From: Anolis carolinensis
Taxonomy: Eukaryota
Assembly (NCBI RefSeq): GCF_035594765.1
Contig: NC_085841.1
Span: 243,804,689-243,868,688 of the forward strand
Direction: 5' to 3'
Length of the DNA: 64,000 nt
The notes beneath the pieces were generated by a model. That model did not search any database. It was not told where the DNA came from and saw only the letters and a program-made list of their open reading frames with translations. A program made the translations under genes and the position numbers. This document shows, piece after piece, positions 1-14,852 of the stretch (within the stretch, counting starts at the first letter, position 1; each line of letters starts with the position of its first letter).

Positions 1-115
1 ATCCCCAGGTGTTTTGGCTTACAACTCCCTGAAATCCCAGTCAATTTACCAGTTGTTAGGATTTCTGGGAGTTGAAGGCCAAAATATCTGGGGACCCACA
101 AGTTGAGAACCACTG
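1..115. mobile_element. hAT (Charlie-type) MITE, cut by the window edge
   Basis: Ends in TTGAGAACCACTG (reverse complement of the CAGTGGTTCTCAA TIR); internally palindromic; same family as 13101-13230. Confidence 0.75.
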
Positions 116-2136
116 TCCTAATGTCATTAGTCTTGATCCACATTTCACTTTATCACAATACAGCATATAAAATATCCTATATTTCTATGAAAATCAGTCT
201 AAGTTTTGCATTTAATGTCCTTCCTTCCTCCTCCTCCTCATTATTATTATTATTTTATTTTTATACCCCACCCCATCTCCCTGGAGGTAGTTTTATACCC
301 CTATATACATTCTCCCCATAGACTTTGGTACAATTAGCATAAAAGAAGATGAAGAAACACTACTGTCTATCAGTAGAGGAAGTGAGGCCAGACTGATTAT
401 GGAGTATATAAAGAACAATCTCTAGAGACTCTGGTTTCAAGCCATGGAAGCACAGGTAATGTCTTGGTGACTATCAGAAGTTGAAACCTGCACCTTCAGA
501 GAATTCCCACTGTTCTGGAAATCCTTCCATTTCTGACTACAAAAGTGTAAACCCCTAATGATCATGAACCTATAAGATCAACCAAAGGCTTCGATATATG
601 GGGATTTTTTTGATAGACATGTAGAGTCCTAGAATGTAATTAGGGAGAGAGCAGAAATTATTTCTTTCCAATGGGAGAGGAAATCCGGTGTTAAAGGCTT
701 TGTACCATTTTAAAATATACTTGAAAGGTGGAGAAATGCTGGGATGGGTATGCACAACAGAGATAGTTCAAGCACAATCAGTGGTAATGTTGCAGGCAAA
801 GAAAAAAGAATGTGATCAATTGGGGAGAGTTACAATGAATGGAACAAACTCTACCTGCATAGCAATCAACCTCAGTAGGCAATTTGTGGAAGAGGAAAGG
901 TTTTAAGGAGTGAAACTGAAGAAAGAATTCTTCTGGTTAACCAACTCCAGGATCTATAATCCATGCAAGTCAACCTGTCATTTGATACCATTATTTGAAA
1001 GGGGGGGGGGGGGGGACAAAGAGAAAGAATATACATCACTATCTGAAAATAGACTCCTGTATTTTTTAACATATGGCCTTGAACATCACTTGATGGAAAT
1101 ACAAATTGAAAATTTAGAAAATACACATGTGCAGAAAGAAAGAGTTTATGGTGAATATAAAAAAGTTAGTATCAATTTGGCAGGTATAAAAATTATGTAA
1201 ATTGAGCTAACAATTAACATTTGGTGTAATGATTATAATAGCTTGAAGCAGGGCAGGTTCCTAGGTCTGTGAGCCTAACAAACTGATAAAAGCTAACAGA
1301 CGGTTATAGGATAGCTAAAGACCACTGAGAAAAAGTAAAACCTGGTAAAAGGCAGAAAATATGAAATTGTAAGATTAAGAAAGATGGAAATATTTTACCT
1401 AGAAAAAAATGAAAGAAGAAAATCAGGCACCCAGCTGACAGTAAACCATATGTAAAGTGTCCAAGTTAGCAGATTAGCAATTAACAGAGCAAATTATGCC
1501 GCAAGATAAAGCAGAAGAACATAACTTAATTGCAAGAGAAGACAGTTGATGTCACAATGCAAAGAAAGCCTTCAGCTAACCAAGTGCTGCAATTCCTTGC
1601 AGAGCCAGATGGAGAAAGACAGCAGAGCAAAAGGGAAGAAAAGAACGCCATCACGCTTCCCAACCCATCAAACAGCGCAATTTCTTCCACTCTTGTGCTA
1701 ATTATTTCATGAAGTGATTTACAACTAAAATGGGGGAATGACTGTCATTAGCTCTCTTTCATGTGTGGGCGATATGTCAGCTTCTAGTTCCGTGTGATTA
1801 CTTGCAGAAGGTTGAGAGGAGGGAAGGAAACTTTTGACAGGAATGTCTGTCTCAGTGAAGATGAACCAGTTTCCTGCATCATCATGACAGAGCCCAGATA
1901 TAAACCCCTCCCCGCACAATAATTCAAATATTCCTGGCTGTGCATTTTTTGTCAGTCATTCCTGAAGATTGCTGAAGAGGCACCAGAGAAGTTGCAGAAG
2001 AGAGATTTCAGCTAAGCAAAGTGGATCTGATCTAACTACTCAGAGCTTTAGATCCTTTATCTTACAAAAAAAGCCACTGGGAGCTTTGCAAGGTTAGAAT
2101 AGAAACTATTAGGATATATTAATTGCTGTCACAAAG

Positions 2137-2686
2137 GGTATATCTACACTGTGGAATTAATGCACCTTGACATCATTTTGACTGCTACGGCTCAATGCAA
2201 TGGAATTGTGAGAGCTGTAGTTTGTGAAGCATCAGTACTATTTAGCAGAGAAGGCTAAAGACCTTGTCAAAGTACAACTCTCATAATTCCATAGCATTGA
2301 ACCATGGTAATTAAATTTATTTATTTATCCTATTTATATCCCAAAGGGGACCCAAGACGGCTTTACACATAGGCAACTATTTGATGCCTTAGAACAATGT
2401 ACAATTAAAATAAACCTTTTAAATAGAATCTAAAACACATTAAAACATTTTAAACAATTACATTCACTATTAACCACTCTATCCGCAATTATACTCCGGG
2501 CCATTCCAATAGTCATTGCACATAATTCCATATCCATCTATTGTACTAAGAATGTTCTCTGAAGGTTTGATCCCAAAGCCAACTTTTCACTCTCTTTCAG
2601 AAGGTCAGGAGGGAGGGGGCTGATCTAATATCCCTAGGGAGTAGTACTGTTAAACTATATTATTTCTACAGTGCAGCTGCACTCTA
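2137..2686. mobile_element. Harbinger-like palindromic MITE interrupted by an L2 3' fragment (about 2316-2640, minus)
   Basis: Ends GGGTATATCTACACTG ... CAGTGCAGCTGCACTC resemble the intact copy at 48106-48329. The insert begins with a (TTTA)n tail and ends in degenerate L2-like 3' ORF sequence. Confidence 0.6.
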
Positions 2687-2915
2687 AACCATGTTCAAAG
2701 CATTCCAACTGAAAGCCAAGGAAAATAAAAAAATATCAGTCACTGGAATGACAATGATGTGACACAAATGACTTCATGTTCCATTGACAGTAAGCAACCA
2801 GGTGTCATGCCTGTACTGCTTCCTAATTTCCTCCTGCTACTCACTTATCCATTCCCAATTTCCAAAGTATATACTGAATGCTTGAAATAATTAATATAGC
2901 ATTTCCACATCCTAC

Positions 2916-3016
2916 CATAAATAGTCATCAGCTGTGCCTTTTGCTACTAAATAGTGGATGTTCACAGAACTAGTTTGCCCAATTCGGTGTGCCCGATCTT
3001 CTGCTTGAATCAAAAC
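2916..3016 (-). CDS. SMARCAL1: SMARCAL1 exon (motif VI), last coding exon visible
   Basis: [33 protein letters not shown](W); 101 nt; donor TG|GTAGGA. Confidence 0.96.
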
Positions 3017-6000
3017 CTGGATTGAAAAAAAGAGTTAATGTTACTGCTGTACCAAGTAGCAGCAAACTTTAAACAAATCAGGGGAATAGATAGCTAAAGT
3101 ATTGCCATTCCCCTTTCTTGAATGGGGAACAAGGCCTAGAACTTAATTCCACTGCATCATACTTTTGCCATCTTCATTTAGAGGAGGCATATTTGTGGAT
3201 GGGAATTGTGCACTTCCTGGGAGACCTGAACTCAAGCCATGCCTTTTTTACAGACTCTTTTGCAGTACTAGAATTTACCCCTTGCCATCTACCATCCTTG
3301 GTACCCACATTGTGATTATTAAATTCTGCATTCACTTTTGGTCTATTATGCCATAAATACCTGTGCCATCTGTATCTCAAATTATGCCCTTCTAAAACTA
3401 ATTCTTTTGGTTTATCCATTCTTTCAAGTCACTACCTCTTTAATTTAAAAAAAGCCCGGTGCCTATCTACTAATACCATGTAAATAGCCAATTACGCCCT
3501 TGCCAAAGCTTCTGAGGACACTTGAGATGTCTTACCCCAGGATTCCAGAATAGTTCTGCAAACACAACCAAATCAGCAGACGAGAGAGTAAGCCCCATGT
3601 TTGCAGCTGTTAAGGAAAGAACAGCCACAGAGAGTTTTTCAGACAACTGGAATTCCTGGCAGAGGGACTGGCGCTCAGCTGAGGGTGTGGAGCCATCAAT
3701 ACGAATGTATCCAATGTGCTGAAAAGGAAGTTGGAGAAACAAGGGGTCAGCTCTCATTGGGGGTGATCCTATATGACAGCTCAGATGGGAAACAAAGTAG
3801 TCTTAGAACCAGACTAAGCTTTGAAATCTGACAGCTTAATTAGCTATCTTTCTAAGCTGATGCTTATTTTAATGCACCAAATTTATTTCTGATATTTGTC
3901 AACCAGACCCCTCTCCGTGATCTATGCTATGCAATACAGGAAAGACTTGTGATGTGAAATATTGCATATGTGAAGTGTATCTCCCCCTGCACACCTGCCA
4001 AAGTCCCCATGTTGACTATCCCCTTTAATAACCTTAATCTTCCAAATTGACAGAAGGATGGAGGCTCATCTCTGGTCAAGCAATAAAGCTTGGGAGGAAG
4101 CATATATTTTTGAAGCTCGGTGGAATATCAAAGGCAAAAATCTAAGCCAGAAAGCAAAAAGAGAGCCAATAGTGAGGAATGCCATAAGTTGCAGTCCAAT
4201 AACATCCAGAGAGCTTTCTAACTTCCACTTCTTCTTCATAGTTTTATAAAGATAGCTTTTATAGTTGTTTGTTCTAAACACTCAGCCTTTTAAAAACATT
4301 TAGTTCTGGAAAATTATTTTTAATGTATGTAATTCTTCCTGCTGTTGCTTGGTTTAGTTCAATATTATGAATTTCTATACAAAATTGGTATTATGTGGAT
4401 TAAAAAAAATCATAGGATGAAAAGATATTTGAACATTCATGGAAAGAGTTCTATTCACCAGCATGATCAAATAATAGCAACCTTCATATTATGCCAATCA
4501 TAAAAGAACTTACTGGGATCTGAAGCTTTGAAAAGTGGATATAGTAAATGCAACTGTTTACCTTTTTCGCCAATGCCTCAGTAATCGCGTCCAAAACCAG
4601 CTTGTGGTGAGCAAATACCAGGAATTTTTCTTTTCCACTTTCCAGTAAGTCTAGAATATATTCTCTGTATTTAGAGGAAATGCGGGGAAAATTCAGACAC
4701 AAATATGATTTGTTCTAGAAACAATCCATGTGTCTCATGCTAAATTAGTGGTTTTTAACTTTTCATTATATTTGGAAAATGGATTATCCAGCCAATTTCC
4801 ATTCCTGAGGCCTACTTTTTGCATGCTTGAGATCACACAAACTACAGATAAGTTGCTTAGAGCACAAAGAGAAGGAATTTTGACAAGTGCAATAAACATA
4901 TTACCAAAAATAAAATGGGTCAATGTACCACTATCTGAATAACTTATTATTTTTCTTTTGAAGATCTGTGCATCATCATATAAAAAGTGCTACATGAATA
5001 TTAAATTAAAAATAAATGAGAGAAGACAGGAGTGGAATCTTGTTCTGAAATATCTGTAACAAATTCACAAGGCTGGTTCACAATACTGATGCCACTTCTA
5101 AAGTGTTTTAATTATTTTTTTCCTAAGGTTGACTTTCCTTTCCAGTAGTCAGAGACAATACATTCTACGCCAAAAGAGTTTCTTACATAATACAGTGGAT
5201 TTTGGCTTCCGCAGTCCTGTTGTAAAACAGAAGAAGAGCTTCTTTCTCTTCTTGTTTCTGCAAACAGATTATTGGGGTGGGGGGGGAGACAGATGGACCA
5301 TCAGTGACGTCTGCAGATAAGGAAGTCTAACACCTTTTTAATTGAATACTTTTCCACTGGCTGAAATGCTTTTGATTTCATATACTACCCTAAATCCAAT
5401 GGACATGAAGTAGCATCCTGACCTATTCCCCTTTTGAATGAAGCCATTCAAATATCTGCCGTTATCAATTAATTCAGGATCAGGAGGCCTTCAGAGCACT
5501 GACATTATATCCAAAACACAGTATATGAAAGATATCAGTCCAAATTCTCCTTTTGTTAACCTGGTAAGGTTTTGTTTCCAAATCTGGACAATGCTTACTT
5601 GTTAAAGGCATCCCTGAACTACCATCTGGCATGCGCTAGTAACATTCAACCACCATTAACTGAGATGGTAGCTTATCTTCCTACATTTTATCCTCATCTA
5701 TCTTCCCATAGTTTCCAAAACTTCATTTTGCCCAACACTATACTCTATTCAAAGGAATTCCTAACTATGCAGCCTTTGTTTGAATAATGTCTACCGTATT
5801 TTACAAGGAGAATATTTTTGGTGCAGAACTAAGAGATTGCAGGGAAACAAAAAAAGTTCTGGGAATTCCAAATTGGTGTAGCAAAAAATATTTTTGTTTT
5901 CTTTTAGATAAGCATCATGCGTTCAATTTTTATTCTTGTTTTTTTATTACTCCTCGTTTATCCCTCCATTATATTCTATATCTGCCAACTATGTAAGGCA

Positions 6001-9000
6001 GATACAGATTATTTTACAAATTATACATTTTGGTGTACTCAGAAAAATATTGTGTGCAAATGCAAGAAATACATAAACAAATTATGAAAAAAGAGCTTTA
6101 ACTGGCTCCAGTTCTCACTATAGATTTTCTAGCAAACCAGGTTTGAATTTTGTACAATGTGTCAAATGGGCCTAGCCTAAGAGGTTCTGCTGTAGTCTGG
6201 TGAGAACCTACTGTGGGATATTTAAGTTTTATCACATGTTATCTTCCCTTTACCAAAACATGCTTGAGGTTACTTTCATCAGCTTTCAGATAGATGTGTC
6301 CAGCCCCATCTGAAGACATACCCATGCTATGAATGGAAAAGTCAACACTCAACGCTGCACCACCACTACTGGCTCCCAAGTGGATCCTTCCAAATATCTG
6401 AAGCAGCAGCAAAACTACAGCCACCCCTTTTCCTGCAGTGTAACTGGACCCATACAATCAGAAGTTCAGGCATCCCACCAAACAATAACATGTACTGGTC
6501 ATAATTAAGCCAATTTCCGATCTCCCAAATATATTAAAACTGACTGACTGCTTTTGATTTTTTCAGTACACTGTTCTAGAAAGCCCTCTAGTCACACATA
6601 TCTCTTTTCAAGGAATTAGCATCTTGGGATAAACAACACCCATAAAAAGGGTTTGTCAATCCAAATACTGTATTTCTTTGATTTGTTTTTTTTTAAAAAA
6701 ATTGTTGTTTTGTCGTTTTATCCCACTGCCATGCTTCCCTCCTTGTACATGCAATTTATACAGAAAACTACAGAAGTTACATTTGAAATATCAATCTCAA
6801 TCTTAATTTTTCCACTCCATATCTTAGCACATTCTCTAAATAGTTCCTAACTGGTTCCCACGTCCACTTGATTATTGCAGCCTTTTCAATTTTATCTATA
6901 TTGTTCTATTTGCAATTTGTTATTTCCACATTTAACATATTAACTATATACAGTAGAGTCTCACTTATCCAAGCTAAACAGACAAGCAGAAGCTCGGATA
7001 AGCGAATATCTTGGATAATAAGGAGGGATTAAGGAAAAGCCTATTAAACATCAAATTAGGTTATGATTTTACAAATTAAGCACCAAAACATTTTTTACAA
7101 CAAATTTGACAGAAAAAGTTCAATACGCAGTAATGTTATGTTGTAATTACTGTATTTACGAATTTAGCACCAAAATATCACAATATATTGAAAACATTGA
7201 CTACAAAATGGCTTGGATAATCCAGAAACTTGGATAAGCGAGGCTTGGATAAGTGAGACTCTACTGTATTATACCAATTCATCAGACTGTTTTGTTTTAT
7301 CTTTCTAACCCCTCAGTAAAACAATTTATACACACGCTATTAATTTGTCAACCATTTTTTCTTTTTGTATATTCTTCACTCCTGTTATCCTTGCATGTAG
7401 TACATCTCTATTAACTATTACTATCTGTAGACTTAACATTCTATTGATTTCTCCTTCAATCATTCTCCGGTATTCTTGCACTAGATCATATTTCTTTGAT
7501 TCTAAGACAAACTTTTCCCCTTATAAACATATCTGAAACAGAAAATGTCTTAAAATCATGCATGCTTTTTTATAAAAGGTTTTTTTTCCTATTGGTGGTA
7601 CTAAAATTAGTGTGTGTCTTATAACTGATGGTACCTTGGAATCAATGTAATATGGTAAATGAGCAAACAACAGCAAAAACTATGGTTTTGAAACCAGTTT
7701 CAAATTCTGGTGTCATCCTGGACTAGCATCCTTTTGCAAACTAGGTTTTATGTGCTGGCTTTACAAACTGTGTTTTAGCATTGTAACTGAATGCTATTAT
7801 ATTCATACCCAACCACAGTTCTAACTCACACTTTTGTAACCCTTTGCCATTTCCTTTGCGGCTGCTGCCAGCTCAGCCTTTGTCCTGGCATTGATGCCCT
7901 CAGGAGCCACCACGACCATTTTGCGCTGCTTTGCAGGGAGTTGGGAAAGCACGTTGGACTTCAGGCGGCGAATCATGATAGATTCTTCCAGAAGAAGTTT
8001 CAGCTCTCCAAGATTGGAAGATCCAGAATAATCCCATCCCCAAGGTCGCTGCAATCAACACAAAACAGAGGCCATTAACATTGTCACTACTCAGTCATTA
8101 AAACCATTCTAAGAACTATTCTTATACTGTACATTTGTACACTGGAAATTCAATTAAGGGCATTATTTGGATTTTTAATTTTTAAAAATGGTACGGCACA
8201 GGTGCCTAAAACTTCTAAAGATGTCTGCCGGAGATCAAAAAAACGTACCACACTATGTTGGAGATGGAGTTTGAGTAGTGATTAATATATATAATTCTGT
8301 AGTCTCCATTTCTCTCCATATTTTTAGTGCTTGCCATTCTGCTCCCAGTGTAATCCAACTTGACCCTGTCTTGATAATCTGTCCTATATGTTGTAAAATT
8401 TTATTTATTATAACTCTACTATTTATTGCATAATCTCATGGTGGCAAAGTAAGAATTTTGAAACATGTGTAGATTAAAACCATATATAATTGATCCAAGT
8501 TACACTTTAAAAGTTACAATTTTAAACCATATACATTTGCAAGGTAGTCCCCAAAATCTTTAATTAAAAGCCTCTCCTCTTGTCTTTGGTGCTAATTTGA
8601 CGCCTAAGGAGAGGACATTCAACAGTGGGGGCATCATAAAACTGAGAAGGCTCTCTGCCATATACTCTCACTCCATATGGCTCCATTGCTGGACCTTAAT
8701 TATGCCATTCAGAGGCCGGGTGCAGGTGCTGTGTAGGATATTGAAGCTCTGCCACAGGAGCTAATTCAGCCTTCTTTTGACCTTTCTGATTTTGGCAGGT
8801 CTGCCCTGTGAATAGCCAAGGATATCTTCAGGATAGTTTTAATGAAATCAGAGATCCCCAGAAAACAGTATTCCATCCTGTACATTCTGTGCTTTTTGGC
8901 ACTGTTATGAAATGACAGCCAATACACAGAATCATTGGCAATTCTAACTCACACTGAGTCCCAAAATTAATCTGCATACCAGCAATATTCAATACCCTTG

Positions 9001-12000
9001 TAAACTATGCAAACACGTTTCATAGAGATTTGGAAGTCAAGAAGCCCCCCTCCAACCTGCTCTCTACAGTAATTTAGTTAAACTTTTAAAAGAAGCTTTT
9101 GAATCTTTCCCAGCTGAGTGAAGTTTTCCAATGTAAAAGTGTACTTTTTCATCTTTTAAGACTCACTAACAACATCACCTGCTTTGAAAAATGGATCTAG
9201 AGCACCTCTTTTTGCAAAATTTGGCTCATAAATAAAACAGGTGACACTTTATTTGTTGCACTTTTTATGAGCAAGAAATGCCAAGGAGTTAGATTGTAAA
9301 CCAATAAACTAATTGCATATCTTTGCTTATTGCATTTGCCAGAAATGTATGGCTCTCTGCCATGAAACTAAATCAATTCCTTTTGAATGAAATATATTTT
9401 AAACGGAGATTTGAGCTTTGAGAGTTGTTTTGTTTAACCAAGACAATACTATTTTATTAGGAGCATATCACTTTTATGATTCCAATTTTGATTCTTATGG
9501 ATCTCGGAGCAATTTTTATATCATCGTTTCTGAATACTCTGGAGCTCAATTACATATTATGAAATAAAAACAGAGCAGCAAACACTGTATTTGGCTTGTA
9601 ATATTAATGCAGACATAGGAACTTTTTAAGAGAGGAAATCAGCATGTAAAAGGGAATAATCTGAAGCCTTCCTCCTATTCACCATTTTTCCTATGACATT
9701 AATCTTCCTCAGCAGCTGGACTCCATGATTCAAACGAAACCTGGAAAAAGACATCTGAGGGAAAAAATTCTGGATCCAGAAAGAGCTACAGCCTCACAAT
9801 CCAGCTTTTCCCCTCTTTCTTCCACAGTCTAGTTGTCTTCAATGTTTTAAAAAATCTGCTTAACTAAGTGGGGTGTACAGCTTCACAATTGCTTTGAATG
9901 AGATTTTCCTGCTGCTTGCAGGGGGTAGGACAGGATGGCCCGTGAGGTCTCTTCCAACTCTACGATTCTATGAGAGTGGACAGGGAAAATATGAAAATGT
10001 AAAATACAGATGTATGCTAATGTTGCAGAAAATGGAGGTGCAAAGAATCCTTACCAAAATGCCATAATTAAACTTCTCTGTGCTTCATTTCCAGAAGGCT
10101 AAAGGAGGGCAAGGCAAACCACAGCTATACTCTATTTTCACACTGTTCACTTCCAAAGTCCTCACATTTACACATGAATAACAATGTTACAATTCATCCT
10201 TAGATGAAGTATTAGGGCACTTACTGCAATTAAAAATATTTTAATAAGATACCAAATTAAAGCACAGAACATACATTGGAAAACAGAGAGAGGTGCAGAA
10301 AACCACTCAGTTGCTTTCCCCATTCAACAGCTTAATAACTATGGTAAAAATCACCTCCAGTGCCTCTGGAAAGGACCTGTGACATTCACCTGCTTTGTGA
10401 AGGTGGCCAGTTAAGAATGAAACAAAACTGCATGACCTTTGCAGCCACTATTAAGAAGATGATTAGGGTAAAATCAAGATACTGGCCAGAACCCGAAGGT
10501 CAAAACTCATTTACAGAAAGAACCACAACAGCAGCAGGGAGAAATTCTGCTGTTCAATTATATACCATACATATACACACCTCAAGCATTTTTTATAGTT
10601 ATGTAACTACTGATACAAGGCAACCCCGGTGGTGAAGTGTGTTAAAGCACTGAGCTGCTGAACTTGCAGACTGAAAGGTCCCAGGTTCAAATCCCGGGAG
10701 CCAATGTGAGTAGATCAATAGGTACCGCTCTGGCGGGAAGGTAACGGCGCTCTATACAGTCATGCTGGCCACATGACCTTGGAGGTGTCTACGGACAATG
10801 CCGGCTCTTCGGCTTAGAAATGGAGATGAGCACCAACCCCCAGAGTCAGACATGACTGGACTTAACTTCAGGGGAAACCTTTACCTTTAACTACTGATAC
10901 ATAAATCTACAAGAGAAAATACTGAAACTCAAGGGGGTATTTATTGCAGAAAGGAGGTGGCTGGCACATAAACCGAGAAAAGGAAAGAAAAAGTAATATT
11001 AAAGGTTTTTAAGTTTGAAATAGGAGCTGCTGAACTTGGTGACTGAAAGGTCAGTGGTTCGAATCCGGGGAGCAGGGTGAACTCCCACTGTTAGCCCCAG
11101 CTTCTGCCAACCTAACAATTCGAAAACATGAAAATATGAGTATATCAATATGTATAGCTCTGGCAGGAAGGTAACTGCGCTCCATGCCGGCCACATGACC
11201 TTGGAGGTGTCCACGGACAACGCTGTCTATTCAGCTTAGAAATGGAGATGAACACCAAACCCTAGAGTCAGACACGACTAGACTTAATGTCAGGGGAAAA
11301 CCTTTACGTTTACCTAAGTTGGAGATGCTCAATTAATATATTGAAAATTATCCAAGAAAGGGACAAGTAATGTGTGGTTCCCCTTCTGTCATTCACCACT
11401 GGCTATTCTGGGAAGGGCTGGTAGCAAAGGTTGTCCCAACATCATCAGGAAAGCCAAACACTCTGCACTATTGTGACTTCAGGTGAATATTAATCAATTC
11501 TGTCTGAAAGAGCCATGATCCCATTGGGAGAAGATACATCTTATACTAGGTCAGTCCCATAACCATCTAGCCTGGTATCATCTTGCAGGAGATGCATCAT
11601 CTCTCCAAGGGCTCAGGCCAATGTCTGCCCCTTCCTCTTGCTCAGATGGTGCTTCTTCAATTGGATCTGTTGGAGAACTAACCTAGGATCTTAACACATG
11701 CAAAGCACGTGCTTCATCAATGAACTATGGTCAGCTGCTGCAGTTGAAGACCTGCCCTTTCAAAAGGCAAGACCTCAATAAGAGAAGATTGTAACTAAAA
11801 TCGTTTTGCTTCCGCGTGATCTTTACAGAGCACAAAATGCTTCTCAGCATGCATTCAGTACTGTTATTTTCAAAGAACAATTCCCTTGCTCCCACTTTGC
11901 CAGGAATAGCCCGCAATTACCTGCTTAGCATCGCAGTAGCGGAGCCCAAAGGCATGGAACTGAGAGAAGGAGGATGGCCTGACAGCTGCCATCTGTGTAT

Positions 12001-14791
12001 ACAGCTCAGCGGGGCGTGACATGGCAGGGGTGCCTGAGAGCAAGATCACACGTTTGGCAGCCTGCAAGAGTGGAGAGGTTGTAGGTTAGTTCCATCGCCA
12101 CCATTCCTAACAAAAATGAGGAAACATATTATGGTTGCAAAAAACAGCAGACACTGCTAACTAGTTTAGCTAATTCAGTGGAGTGGGGGGTGAGAAGCTC
12201 CTTGTGCACCTCACAGTTACCAGCAGCTCACAAGAGGGCTGAACCGATCTCAGTCTCTGCCCCTGCACCCAGGACCAGCCATAAGATAAAGAATGCTCTC
12301 AGCAAAGGGCACTTTTGACAACATCCTCCGCAAACCATTTTACTGTGTTGCAAAGCTGGACTTACAAAACTCATGATTGCAGTATTTACAATGGTTGCTA
12401 ATACTAGCTGAAATACCTTTCGGTCACTGCACAGGTCAAAATTATTTTCTTATTATGTGACAGGCACTGGCAGAAATTGCAAGGGATTCTTGGAAAATCC
12501 CTGCAGATGGTATCCTTGCAGTGTGTCCAGTTACTAGAAACACTGCTAATCCCCTTGCGCTCCAACAGTAAGGGTGTGCGGATGGTTCTCAAGGTGGGTT
12601 GAGAGCTAGCATAAGGAGACTTAGCTACAGAGACTTAGCTAGGTGGAACAAAGCATAATCTCCAACATGTCTCCAAGATGTGGATTTTTTAAAAAACTAC
12701 TGAAATAGCAGAATATTTTGAAGCTATTTAGTGGGCATTCATTTTATAGCTCTGAAAAAGGCTGAAGACATAGGTTTTTGTTTTAGCCCCTAGCTTACTA
12801 CAGACAATTCTATCAGAAAAGTTCATTTCTCTGCCCCTTGCACTTTGGCAGCCTGGGCTTTATTCCCCCCAAGGCTAACTTTGTCCTATGGAGATACCTG
12901 AAACTGAGCTGAATGAAGTCACTGTTATAAATAACATAGCATACTTTAAGGAGTCAGAACAAAGCACAATGAAAACAAACAGTGGTTGGTGGCATCCTAA
13001 AGGGGAAAAAGATGTATTTTTGCATATGTTTTCATGACTGGAGTCAACATGATCAAATTAAGTGGTATATATGCATTGATAAAAAGGTGAGGGGTTAAAG
13101 CGGTGATTCTCAACCTGTGGGTCCCTAGGTGTTTTGGCCTTCAACTCCCAGAAATCCTAACAGATTGTAAACTGGAATTCTGGGAGTTATAGGCCAACAC
13201 ACCTGAGGACCCACAGGTTGAGAATCACTGGGTTAAAAGGAACCAAATGACTACAAAATGCAAACATGGTCTGTAACAAGTTTTAAAGAACTGAAAAATC
13301 AAGTAATGATTTACAACAGCAGTAAAGGCGAGCACATAATTGTCCCACTTGTGTTAGGTTGGTTGACAACAATAATGATAATGAGAACCACTACTTTGAC
13401 TTAATCTAAATAAATGAACCAGACAACTAAAATCTGTTCTAATTATGCAGTTTCATGTTGGAATCTCCCTTTGACATTCTCTTCATGAAGAATGACAGCA
13501 TTCTCAGGTCTGCAGCACATTGTCCTGCAAGGTCAAACTGTTTTTCCGCTGATTTCCAAATGGCAATTTCCATGGCTGCTTATTTTTTGGATAGATAATT
13601 GTTTTCTCCTGCATAGAAGTAAGAGGGCCAGTTCTGACAGGTGTCAGGCATTATCACGTTTGGAGATACGTTCAAGAGAAAATTAGGTTGGACACCAAAA
13701 TGTAATGAAGAAAATGCATCCATATGCCCAAGAAAACTGGAGAACAACAGAAGCACTATTCTACAGATCCCTTCAATTCAAGTGACCCCACCAAGCAATA
13801 GCAATTACAGGAGGAGCACTGAAATAGTGACATACATCTTAATTGGAAACTCAAGACATAAGATTTTCTCTAGGAGAACCATGCTCTTAACAGAAGTAAT
13901 GCTACCTTTAGTGCCACTGGCACACTGAGAGGAGTATCCGATTATAGTGAAAGAAAGTATGGGAAAAGTTACTTCACAGAAATAATTTAAGAGGGATACT
14001 TTAAAATGCAGAATCAATGACATAATAGTCTGACCTTTTTCACTGGGCATCTAACTGCTTTAAAATGCAGAAGTTCAGTTGAAAAACACACTAGGAAATA
14101 AACATCACCGAACATGCAAAAGTACCTCATTCCCATGCAATGATTTACTGGGATTTTAATGATTTTCACAGCAGGTGACCTGCAGTGTAGCTGTCTGACT
14201 TGCTTTGCATGATGGCTATTATTTAAATGCACATTGTGCTGGGTACGCAATTATAGCCATCCTTCCAATTCCTTCTCATTCTTTACTTGTCAGCTGTTTA
14301 ACATTTAAAGTGTGTGTTGCCCTGCCTGACACAAAATGGAAATACTGGGTGGTAATTTAAATGCAGAAGGCTTTGCTGCTTGGGCAAAATGGAGCTGGGA
14401 CCTGTGGGGAGACAGTATCTATAATTTTCAAATTTTCATTTCTGACATAAAACAGCATTGGAATGCATGCCCATTCTAGATGTGCAATAAGCCTAAGGTT
14501 AGAATATTAACTGTGTGTCATTGCTGCAAATAATTTTAAATATATTCATCACTAGGCACACAGTATTTCAAATGCCACTCCTCAAAAGTAAACTGGTTCA
14601 ATTCACAAAATTTCAACTTCAGAAGCTTGCAGTTATTCTAGAGTTAGAAAAACAAGAGTATCAAAAGATCTTTAGACATAAGAAGAAAGAAGGAGGAGAT
14701 GACCTTGACAACTAGAAGGTATTTTCAACTCTATTTCTTCATCAAAAGCAAAATGTTTCTGAGACAAAATATAATGTTTGGGTTGTTCTTT

Positions 14792-14852
<61 letters not shown>

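Noticed and set aside
688-1200. ORFs 688..906 and 910..1200 as a gene or as missing SMARCAL1 exons
   Set aside because: Wrong strand for SMARCAL1, no recognisable domain, interrupted by poly-G; more likely a degraded retroelement. I found no sequence matching the expected next SMARCAL1 exon in 1-2915.
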